Shown here piece by piece: positions 9,638 to 17,540 of a stretch of 30,729 nucleotides of DNA. Positions within the stretch are counted from its first letter, which is position 1; each line of letters opens with the position of its first letter. Both the position numbers and the translations under genes were made by a program. The stretch is from contig CAZPWM010000034.1 in NCBI GenBank assembly GCA_964590575.1, positions 1 through 30,729 of the forward strand, in the 5' to 3' direction. Origin of the DNA: an uncultured archaeon. Its GTDB lineage: Archaea; Asgardarchaeota; Thorarchaeia; Thorarchaeales; Thorarchaeaceae. Under the pieces are notes generated by a model, which had not been told where the DNA came from, ran no database searches, and worked only from the letters and a program-made list of their open reading frames with translations.

Positions 9638-10576
9638 TTGGTGGTAGCAATTCAGACAATCGAAGCTCTGATTTCACAGATAGTCCTTTTCTATGGGTTC
9701 ATTGTTACTGGCTATCTGATCGCCCGATTATCTGGAAGGGGACAAATAGTCAACAAGTATCTTAACTCACTCCTCATCAATATCCTCGTTCCAATTCTTT
9801 TCTTCCATGCTCTTCTAACTTCAACCCCTTCTTCTTTGGTGGAAATTCCCATCTTTCTCGTGATTGCAATTGCCATTCATCTTATTGGACCTGCATTGAT
9901 TTATCTCAGACTTCGAAGCGTAGAGATCAATTACCAAACCAAAGGGTCTCTCTACATCACCTCAACCTTCACTAACGCCCTATTCGTACCTCTTCCACTA
10001 GCCCTGATGCTCTTAGGTCCAGCTGCAGTACCCTTTGTGGTTATGTTCTCGCTTACACAGATGATTCTTCTTGTTACATTAGGGTCTGTTATGGGCGCAA
10101 CTTTTGGTGGAAAAGAGGCTGGTTGGAAAAAGATAGCTAAAGATGCAGTCATATTCCCTCCATTTCTAGCTGCAATACTATCCATTGTCCTTCTGGGACT
10201 CAACATAGGACTTCCACCAGATGTGGCTACGATACTCTCCTACAACTCCCCCCTCACAACATATCTAGCACTTGTTTCGGTAGGTCTGGGTGTTGGAGTT
10301 AGGTTCTCTCTAACTGATGTAAGAACAGCTTTCAATGTTGTTGCAATACGTCAGCTGATTCTTCCTTTTCTCGTTCTACCGATTATCCTCTTCTCAACCC
10401 TTTCACAAATTCCTCTCCAGGTACTCATTTTGGAATCTCTCATGCCTCCTGCTATTTTGACCGTTGTCTACGCCTCTGGATTTGATCTAGATGTTGAAAT
10501 TGCTTCAACAACCGTCACAGTGGGGACACTCCTACTACTACCATTAATCCCAATCCTTCCATTTGTCTTAGGATAG
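9638..10576 (+). CDS. AEC (auxin efflux carrier / malate permease) family transporter
   Basis: About 10 TMs in two repeats; FTNALFVPLPLA, FPPFLAA and ESLMPPA motifs. Confidence 0.85.
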   Translation: MVVAIQTIEALISQIVLFYGFIVTGYLIARLSGRGQIVNKYLNSLLINILVPILFFHALLTSTPSSLVEIPIFLVIAIAIHLIGPALIYLRLRSVEINYQTKGSLYITSTFTNALFVPLPLALMLLGPAAVPFVVMFSLTQMILLVTLGSVMGATFGGKEAGWKKIAKDAVIFPPFLAAILSIVLLGLNIGLPPDVATILSYNSPLTTYLALVSVGLGVGVRFSLTDVRTAFNVVAIRQLILPFLVLPIILFSTLSQIPLQVLILESLMPPAILTVVYASGFDLDVEIASTTVTVGTLLLLPLIPILPFVLG

Positions 10577-10633
10577 TCATTTATTGCGTAAACTGAACGC
10601 ATATATCGAAAACAGCCACATGAACGAATAACG

Positions 10634-10963
10634 GTGAGCAACTTGAGCAAGCGTGAATCCGAGGAGTCCAAAAATCCAGAGGCCATAAAGAAATCACTTG
10701 ATGACGTAGTCCAGAAACTCGATCAAGATATTGATGCAAGTAAGAGTTGGAGTAGCTCGATCACAGCAAACAAAGAGGAATGGGAGAATCTGAAAAAGAA
10801 GATACACGACCGTCAGAAAGCACTGAAACAACTTGTAAGTGATAAAAGGGCTGGAATAATTGGGGCGGATGAGTTCGAAGCCAAGTACAAGATTCTCCAA
10901 GACGAATTGACCGAATTGGAGTTCGCTGTGTATAATATGCGACTTGGTACAAAGGTTCAATGA
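10634..10963 (+). CDS. Hypothetical coiled-coil protein with a SHOCT-like C-terminal motif
   Basis: Charged helical sequence; AGIIGADEFEAKYKIL. Confidence 0.65.
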   Translation: MSNLSKRESEESKNPEAIKKSLDDVVQKLDQDIDASKSWSSSITANKEEWENLKKKIHDRQKALKQLVSDKRAGIIGADEFEAKYKILQDELTELEFAVYNMRLGTKVQ

Positions 10964-10970
10964 GGCACTT

Positions 10971-12032
10971 TTATGTATCCACTCGAGCACGCAGAATCAA
11001 GAGTACTGACTCAATGGCGACGAAAACTCCAAGAACAACTGTCATTGCCATCAAACCAATGTTAACAGTATTATCCGTTGTATTTCCTGATCTTCCGTCT
11101 AATCCTGAAACCAGGGCTCCCAAGTTGTAACTCATCATCCAGAAGTAATCCGCTTCTGGAAAGTAGACTGTCCGCCACCAGATTAGAACACCTCCATAAT
11201 CTGCTTGAATTTGGTACGCAAATTGTCCACCAGCTTGGAACTGAGCAACATCAGAACCAATGATTAGATCAATACTCCCATTACGAATTGCTTGCTGAAC
11301 CTCCAACAGTTTAGGAGCAGAGATGGTAATTTCCTCAATTTGAAGGACCGCGTCACTTGTAATTCCAAACGCTTCCGCAACATATGCTTCAGCAGGAGCC
11401 ACCACTACTGCATGCATCTCAGAAAAACTATACATGTCGTCAAAGGAATCGATTAACTCTTGAAGTTCATTAATGGATTCCACAAACATCTCGAAATTCA
11501 AAGTCCATTCATTAGCCAGAGTGCTGTTGAGCGTGCTCAGCGCTGCACGAGTAGCATTGGCGATTGCTAATGCGTTCTTAGGAAGTAACCAGAATCCGTG
11601 TGGGTTCCCTTCATGTTCATCTCCCTCTTCTATGTCGCCTCCAGGCATCGGGGAATACTCTGCACCATATGCCTCGTAATCCTCCAATGCATTATCATCA
11701 TGGAATGAAATGAATGGTGTTGAAGTCAGATTAGCTAGTTCTTGCTCCCAGTGAAAATGTCCTGTAAAGACCAGTAAATCTGCCGCATCTGCAATAGCAA
11801 TGATTTCAGGAGACACTGTGAATGTATGAGGATCTGTTTCCCGATCCAATAAGACTGTAACATTATAGTATGGGCTTCCTGCTTCCTGAACAATTCCTGC
11901 TAGAGCTGATACCGAAACTACGATTCTTCCTGTAGGAAGAATCTGCGCGTGTACTTCTAGTGTTATCCCACTCATAGCAAGTGGCAGTAAAAACAACAAC
12001 AGCGGGACCAAGGACACTTTTCTCCGAAGCAC
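10971..12032 (-). CDS. znuA: Metal ABC transporter substrate-binding protein (ZnuA/TroA cluster A-I), C-terminally membrane-anchored
   Basis: Signal peptide; DPHTF and NPHGFWLLP motifs; acidic/His loop EEGDEHEG; C-terminal TM; AGGAG SD before the GTG. Confidence 0.85.
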   Translation of the reverse strand: MLRRKVSLVPLLLFLLPLAMSGITLEVHAQILPTGRIVVSVSALAGIVQEAGSPYYNVTVLLDRETDPHTFTVSPEIIAIADAADLLVFTGHFHWEQELANLTSTPFISFHDDNALEDYEAYGAEYSPMPGGDIEEGDEHEGNPHGFWLLPKNALAIANATRAALSTLNSTLANEWTLNFEMFVESINELQELIDSFDDMYSFSEMHAVVVAPAEAYVAEAFGITSDAVLQIEEITISAPKLLEVQQAIRNGSIDLIIGSDVAQFQAGGQFAYQIQADYGGVLIWWRTVYFPEADYFWMMSYNLGALVSGLDGRSGNTTDNTVNIGLMAMTVVLGVFVAIESVLLILRARVDT

Positions 12033-12111
12033 AGTAATATCTCCTAAATATCATCTAGCCAAATCCTTAATAATAATTTTGAAATAGTTACTAATTAACG
12101 AATTGTCTTGA

Positions 12112-12525
12112 GTGTTAAAAATGCCGTTTGAACCCATTGCTGTTTCCATGACAGAGTCGGATCTTGAGGAATTAGAGTTTCTCCTGAAAGAGGGTGGATT
12201 CTCAAATCGGTCAGATGTGGTCCGCCATGCTGTCAAAGCGCTGATGTCGGAGCATCGTAATGTTGAGAATGCGAAGGGAGTAATAACCGCTGTATTCACA
12301 GCGCTCTACTACAAGAAAGGGCATGGTCAAAACATCAGCGCAGTTCAACATGAGTTTAAGGATACTATTACGGCAACCATCCACTCACATACCAGCGATG
12401 GCAGATGTGTAGAAGTAATGATTTTGACTGCAAAGGCCGATATTGTACGCGATTTTCTCAAGAAACTTCGGGCACAAAAAAAAGTCCTGAAGATTGAGGT
12501 CAGTCTAATAGGAGGGCGCACTTAA
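12112..12525 (+). CDS. nikR: NikR/CopG-family ribbon-helix-helix metal-responsive regulator (start possibly 12121)
   Basis: RHH IAVSM...GGFSNRSDVVRHA; metal-binding domain QHEF..TIHSH.....CVEV with the three-His, one-Cys ligand set. Confidence 0.85.
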   Translation: MLKMPFEPIAVSMTESDLEELEFLLKEGGFSNRSDVVRHAVKALMSEHRNVENAKGVITAVFTALYYKKGHGQNISAVQHEFKDTITATIHSHTSDGRCVEVMILTAKADIVRDFLKKLRAQKKVLKIEVSLIGGRT

Positions 12526-13328
12526 TGGCTGCAGTCCCATTACTAGAAGCGTCTAATCTCGCAGTTCGTTATCCCAATGGTGCGATAGCACTCCATGATG
12601 TTTCCTTTCTTGTAGAATCTCCAAGCTTCATGGCAATCATTGGTCCAAATGGTTCGGGAAAATCCACATTGGTCAAGACTTTTCTGGGACTCATCAAACC
12701 ATTCAAGGGGAGTATCAGAGTCAACGGTTACGATTCAGTGAAAAAAACAGGAAAGATTAGGAAACTGGTTAGATATGTGCCTCAACGAGACCGGATAGAA
12801 CTTTCAGTACCAATGAAAGTGAAAGATATAGTCCTAATGGGTCGCCTTCTCAAGAAACTTCCGCCAAGGTTTGCTTCTTCAAAAGATATCAAAATAGCAA
12901 AAGATGCGCTAGAGCAAGTGGATCTGGCTGAATTATGGAATCATCCTTTTCCAGAACTCTCAGGAGGCCAAAGGCAGAGAGTCCTAGTCGCCAGAGCACT
13001 GGCCAGTGATGGGTCTATCTTGGTCCTTGATGAACCTCTTGCTGGTACAGATGTGGAGAGTCAGGACCTAATTGTAGAAGCACTTGGTAAGTATCACAAA
13101 GAGAATGATGTTAGTATAATAATGGTCACGCATGATCTCAACCCAATTCACACATTGGTTCAAGATGTTCTGCTTCTGAAGAATACGGTAATCGGAATTG
13201 GTGAGCCCTGTTCAATAATGGATCCTGAGCTGATGAAGAAAGTCTATGGTCCAACTGCAAGGATTGTAGAGCATTCAGGACATCGTTACTGTATGACCCA
13301 TGATTCAGGAATTGATCGTCATGATTGA
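12525..13328 (+). CDS. znuC: Metal ABC transporter ATPase (ZnuC/MntA-like)
   Basis: GPNGSGKST, YVPQ, LSGGQRQRV, VLDEP and VTHDL motifs; His/Cys-rich C-terminus. Confidence 0.9.
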   Translation: MAAVPLLEASNLAVRYPNGAIALHDVSFLVESPSFMAIIGPNGSGKSTLVKTFLGLIKPFKGSIRVNGYDSVKKTGKIRKLVRYVPQRDRIELSVPMKVKDIVLMGRLLKKLPPRFASSKDIKIAKDALEQVDLAELWNHPFPELSGGQRQRVLVARALASDGSILVLDEPLAGTDVESQDLIVEALGKYHKENDVSIIMVTHDLNPIHTLVQDVLLLKNTVIGIGEPCSIMDPELMKKVYGPTARIVEHSGHRYCMTHDSGIDRHD

Positions 13329-14265
13329 AATATTGCAGTTAATCCTTGACAGTCCATTCCTTCAGCGCGCCATCATTGCTGCAGTGCTGATAGCTATTAT
13401 CGCAGCGGCTAGTGGAACATTTCTTGTCTTTCGTGGACTCTCCTTTATGGCATCTGGTGTAGCACATGCTGCCCTAGGTGGAACTGCCTTGGGTATCTTC
13501 CTACAGGACTCTGGTCTCGTTCCTTGGTTTGATCCAGTACTAGGGGCTCTTTTGTTTAGTGTGCTAGTAGCTGTCTTCACTGGCTATGCTGGTGAATCGG
13601 GAATCGCACAAAAAATGGAAGTAGCTGTGGGAGTTTCTTTTGCTCTCTCAATGAGTCTTGCAGTGTTTCTGATGTACTATATACCACCATACCGCATACC
13701 CCAAATATGGGGTTACCTAATCGGCGATATTCTACTATTGAACAATTTTGACGTCATTATGCTAGCGAGTACTGCGGCTCTACTAGGATTTATCACTCTG
13801 ATGTTCAACAAGGAGTTTGTATACGTCAGTGTTGATATGGAGGGCTCAATCGCACATGGGATGAATGCACGTGCATATCACTACCTAATGCTCGTTGTTT
13901 CAGCTCTTGCTATCGCCATTGCCACGAAGGCGGTGGGAGCTATACTTGTCTATGCGATAATGGTTGCTCCTGCAGCCGCATCCAATGAACTAGTAAAATC
14001 AGTTCGTGGAGTAATTCTCTCTGTGTTCTTTATTGCCCTCATAGCAGAATTTGTAGGTTTAGCAATATCGTTTGCAGTCTTTGTTTCCCCAAGTGCAATT
14101 GCAGGCATTCTAGCCGCTCTCTCATATCTACTAGCCCTCCAAATAAAGCGAGTCCGTGAGAGAGTTCATGTAGAAATTGATGATATACAACCGAAGTCCG
14201 GAGATTTAGAGGAAGTCTTTGAACAAGCAACCGTTCATGAGCACAAAAAAGATCATGAACATTGA
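13321..14265 (+). CDS. znuB: Metal ABC transporter permease (ABC-3, ZnuB-like); probable start 13321
   Basis: FLQRA...GTFLVFRGLSFMASGVAHAALGG, YLIGDIL and VGAILV..MVAPAA motifs; His-rich tail. Confidence 0.92.
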   Translation: MIEILQLILDSPFLQRAIIAAVLIAIIAAASGTFLVFRGLSFMASGVAHAALGGTALGIFLQDSGLVPWFDPVLGALLFSVLVAVFTGYAGESGIAQKMEVAVGVSFALSMSLAVFLMYYIPPYRIPQIWGYLIGDILLLNNFDVIMLASTAALLGFITLMFNKEFVYVSVDMEGSIAHGMNARAYHYLMLVVSALAIAIATKAVGAILVYAIMVAPAAASNELVKSVRGVILSVFFIALIAEFVGLAISFAVFVSPSAIAGILAALSYLLALQIKRVRERVHVEIDDIQPKSGDLEEVFEQATVHEHKKDHEH

Positions 14266-14476
14266 ATGTTGTGAATAGTTCTCACGAAAGGCTTCTCTAT
14301 ATGATGGCTCTTGATTTTACAGTGGAACGAGTAGGATAGAATCAAAGCTTTTTGATTTACTTTGGAATTGGTGGCTGCGCAGTAATAGTGGCAGCTTTAA
14401 TGGTATTCATTCGGAAGAGATAGTTCTGTGTCGGTATGTTTAAGAGTGAAACACAAATCCTCGATTTCCAAGGTCG

Positions 14477-14887
14477 GTGCGAAGAACAGTGAGCGATGAA
14501 ATCCCCGAAAGAAGTGAAATGATACGGTCCATGATTATTACAGTACTACTCACTGCAGTGTTTCTAATCCTTGGACTTACCTTTTGGGCCTGGTCTTCAC
14601 CAGAGGTCATTGATACAAGCCCTATTGGTGCAATAAACGACATGAACCCTGCTCTTACAGTTCTTATCGAAGTTCTAGTAATGGTTATGGTTTTCATATT
14701 CCTTTCTGTGACTGTCATCAACCTAAAACTAATGTTAACTAACTTTAGGGCTGGTTGGGTTGAGGTAATTGCTATTCTCATATTCATTGGATTCATCACA
14801 GTTGCAATGTTCGACCTTTTTGTTGGCGCTGCAACTTTGGTTCTCTCTCTTGGATTCGTAGTCTATCTTTACCTACTTCAGGAGTAA
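14477..14887 (+). CDS. Hypothetical membrane protein (about 4 TM)
   Basis: Four hydrophobic segments; no family recognised. Confidence 0.7.
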   Translation: MRRTVSDEIPERSEMIRSMIITVLLTAVFLILGLTFWAWSSPEVIDTSPIGAINDMNPALTVLIEVLVMVMVFIFLSVTVINLKLMLTNFRAGWVEVIAILIFIGFITVAMFDLFVGAATLVLSLGFVVYLYLLQE

Positions 14888-15110
14888 AGATTGAATGCCC
14901 TGCGAAGGGTTATCCTGTTCTGCAGGGAATGAGTGTACACCATAAGCTTTATGAGTATAGGTCTGGGTTTGCCAGTTAGAGCCTAGTGGTATGAATGCCC
15001 TTGGCTGGTAGCAAAGGAGTCTTTGCAACTCTTCGGAATTGTTGGATTGAATATCTTTGGAACTGTTCTGACTTCCGTAGTGTTCTGATGACTGCTTGGA
15101 GGAAGATACT

Positions 15111-15842
15111 GTGTTTGGGATCTCTGGCGCTGGGTACGATATGAGTACCAGCATCTTCAGTCCTGATGGACGAATATTCGCTGCTGAGTATGCAAAGAAA
15201 GCAGTCGAGCAGGGTGCGACGTCAATAGGCATTCTTGTAGAGGACGGAATCATTCTTCTTGCAGAGAAGAAAGTTCTGCCATTGCAAGAACCCGATAGTG
15301 TAGAGAAAATATCAAAGATAGATGAACACGTTGCTGTTGCTACATCTGGATTGATGGCTGATGCCCGAAAGTTAATAGCAGAAGCAAGAGTCAAAGCGCA
15401 GTCGTACTGGTTGACATACGAAGAACCTGTACCTGCAGAAGCTTTAGCAGAGCACATCTGCGACATAAAGGCACAATTCACTCAGGGAGGAGGTGCAAGA
15501 CCATACGGTGTTGCCATGATAATTGGTTCGGTCGACCATGATGGATCGCCCAGATTATATGTCACAGACCCCGTTGGCACATATTGGGGCTTTTTAGCTT
15601 CAATCATTGGTAGGGGCGCCTCGCAAGCTAGTGAGTATCTTGAGAAGAGATATAATCGGAAAATGAGCTTGAACGCCGCTATTGAGCTTGCTATAGGTGC
15701 ACTTCGTGAATCCAGTGAGAAGGACCTGAATGCTGATAATGTTGAGATTGCCAAAATCTCAGTAAAAACACGAACTTTCGAAAAATTATCGAGTTCTGAT
15801 ATTAAGAGCTTTCTTCAACCTACCAAGTCCACTATAGAATAG
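15111..15842 (+). CDS. psmA: 20S proteasome alpha subunit; probable GTG start at 15111
   Basis: GYD..SIFSPDGRIF..EYA, GATSIG, SGLMADAR, TQGGGARPYGV and TDPVG motifs; GGAGG SD at 15098-15102. Confidence 0.96.
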   Translation: MFGISGAGYDMSTSIFSPDGRIFAAEYAKKAVEQGATSIGILVEDGIILLAEKKVLPLQEPDSVEKISKIDEHVAVATSGLMADARKLIAEARVKAQSYWLTYEEPVPAEALAEHICDIKAQFTQGGGARPYGVAMIIGSVDHDGSPRLYVTDPVGTYWGFLASIIGRGASQASEYLEKRYNRKMSLNAAIELAIGALRESSEKDLNADNVEIAKISVKTRTFEKLSSSDIKSFLQPTKSTIE

Positions 15843-15856
15843 GAGTTGACCTACAA

Positions 15857-16588
15857 ATGATGGGTGGAGGATCCGGCAAGAAGACAGGTGACAAATGGAT
15901 TGAACTTGACGCAGTAGTCATTGGAATACAGAAAGGTCACCTTCGATTCGAACTGTTCGTAGATCCGGATCTTGCATTTGATTACAGGCGTGGGGAAGAC
16001 GTTCCTCTTGAAGATATTCTAAAGTCATACGATGTCTATGAGGATGCTAAACGAGGTGAACGTGCAACTGACAGTCTCGTGAAAGATGCGTTTGGATCTG
16101 ATGAAATCTTTGACATCGCCCCAGAGATTATCAAACAGGGTGAATTCAGATTAACACATGAACAGAGAGAGCAACTCGTTGAGGAGAAGACAGAGACCAT
16201 TATTGATAACATTGCAAAACGAGCTATGAATCCCCAGACTGGTCATCCTCATCCACCTGATAGAATTCGACAGGCTATGGAAGAAGCGAAAGTGCGTGTT
16301 GACCCATTCATTAGTGTGGATGAACAGATTCCGACTGTTGTGAAGGCACTCCGTGTGATTATACCCCTCTCCTTTGAGAGTGTGAAATTACAAATCACCC
16401 TACCTGCCTCTTTCTCTGGAAAGGGGTACAACATGGTAGCAAAAGCGGGTGTAATAAAATCGCAATCATGGGGCCAAGATGGCTCATGGACTGGGCTTGT
16501 TGAGCTTCCTGCGCAGAAAAGACAGGAACTCTATGATGAACTCAATAAACTGACGAAGGGGCAAATCAGAATCGAAGTCATCAGATGA
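15857..16588 (+). CDS. sdo1: Ribosome maturation factor SBDS/Sdo1
   Basis: RFELFVDP, DAKRGE and NPQTGHPHPPDRI..AMEEA motifs; canonical position after psmA. Confidence 0.95.
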   Translation: MMGGGSGKKTGDKWIELDAVVIGIQKGHLRFELFVDPDLAFDYRRGEDVPLEDILKSYDVYEDAKRGERATDSLVKDAFGSDEIFDIAPEIIKQGEFRLTHEQREQLVEEKTETIIDNIAKRAMNPQTGHPHPPDRIRQAMEEAKVRVDPFISVDEQIPTVVKALRVIIPLSFESVKLQITLPASFSGKGYNMVAKAGVIKSQSWGQDGSWTGLVELPAQKRQELYDELNKLTKGQIRIEVIR

Positions 16589-16649
16589 GCATGAATGAAG
16601 GATAAGTAATCAAAAGATTAGAAATATTACAAAATGAGGGAATAAATTA

Positions 16650-17540
16650 TTGGCAGTATATTTCCAGAAACGAGAAGTAGTTGTCCCTGGTCAGTTACTT
16701 GCAGAGGGTAGGTATAGAGCCTCCTTCGGCACATATGATGAGGACGGCAAGATTTTCTCCTCACTAGTGGGTCTAGCAGAACTCAGAGGAAACACGGTAA
16801 AAGTGGTCGCTCTAGAGGGTGCCTACATCCCCAAGGAAGGAGATTTGGTAATTGGAACAATAACCATAGTAGCAGGTAACAATTGGAAGGTGGACATAGG
16901 TGGTCCCTATGGTGCATCTCTCCATGCAAATAATGCGTTAAGGAGGCCATATTCTGATGACATCTCAGAGTACATGAATATCGGAGATGTAATCGCTGCA
17001 GAAGTAATTGCTTTTGACAGAAGTAGTGGTCCGTTCCTTGGAATGAAGGGACGTGGTCTTAGGGTACTCCAAGGTGGGATGATCCTAGATGTGAGCCCTG
17101 CTAAAATACCAAGAATAATTGGTAGAAGAGGGTCTATGATCAACGTGATTCAAGATCACTTGAATATCGATACTATGGTGGGCCAGAATGGGCGAATTTG
17201 GTTGCAGGCTCCCAGCACGGAAGTTTTGAGGCTTGCGATTAAGGCCTTTAAAACCATCGAGGCTCAAGCACATACATCCAAACTCACAGACCGGATAAGT
17301 GAGATGCTTGCAGAAGAGATGGCTATTATCAAGGGTAGTAGTGCTTCAGAAAAAGAAGTTAATCCGGAAGAAGTCAGTGTTCAAGATGATAGTTCTGATA
17401 TTAAATCCGAATCAGAATTGGAACCTGAGCCTGAGGTCGTGACAGAAGCTGAGGAAGAAAAACCAGTAGTGGTCGAGGCTGAGGCTGAAGTAGAAGAAGA
17501 AGAAGAAGATGAGAAGAAGACAGAGGAAGTGAGTGAATAA
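16650..17540 (+). CDS. rrp4: Exosome RNA-binding cap protein Rrp4 with an acidic C-terminal extension
   Basis: VVPGQLL, YIPKEGDLVIG (S1), KIPRIIGRRGSMI (KH GxxG) and GQNGRIW motifs. Confidence 0.95.
   Translation: MAVYFQKREVVVPGQLLAEGRYRASFGTYDEDGKIFSSLVGLAELRGNTVKVVALEGAYIPKEGDLVIGTITIVAGNNWKVDIGGPYGASLHANNALRRPYSDDISEYMNIGDVIAAEVIAFDRSSGPFLGMKGRGLRVLQGGMILDVSPAKIPRIIGRRGSMINVIQDHLNIDTMVGQNGRIWLQAPSTEVLRLAIKAFKTIEAQAHTSKLTDRISEMLAEEMAIIKGSSASEKEVNPEEVSVQDDSSDIKSESELEPEPEVVTEAEEEKPVVVEAEAEVEEEEEDEKKTEEVSE

Noticed and set aside
14337-14339. Pyrrolysine or amber recoding
   Set aside because: TAG is a normal stop for many genes here (e.g. 9592, 10576, 15842), and no pyl genes are in the window.
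14892-14930. SECIS element (hairpin containing GAA)
   Set aside because: The GAA is base-paired, there is no clear kink-turn quartet, and no nearby gene has a plausible in-frame TGA.
14873-15481. 202-aa minus-strand ORF
   Set aside because: Antisense shadow of psmA and its leader; no motifs.
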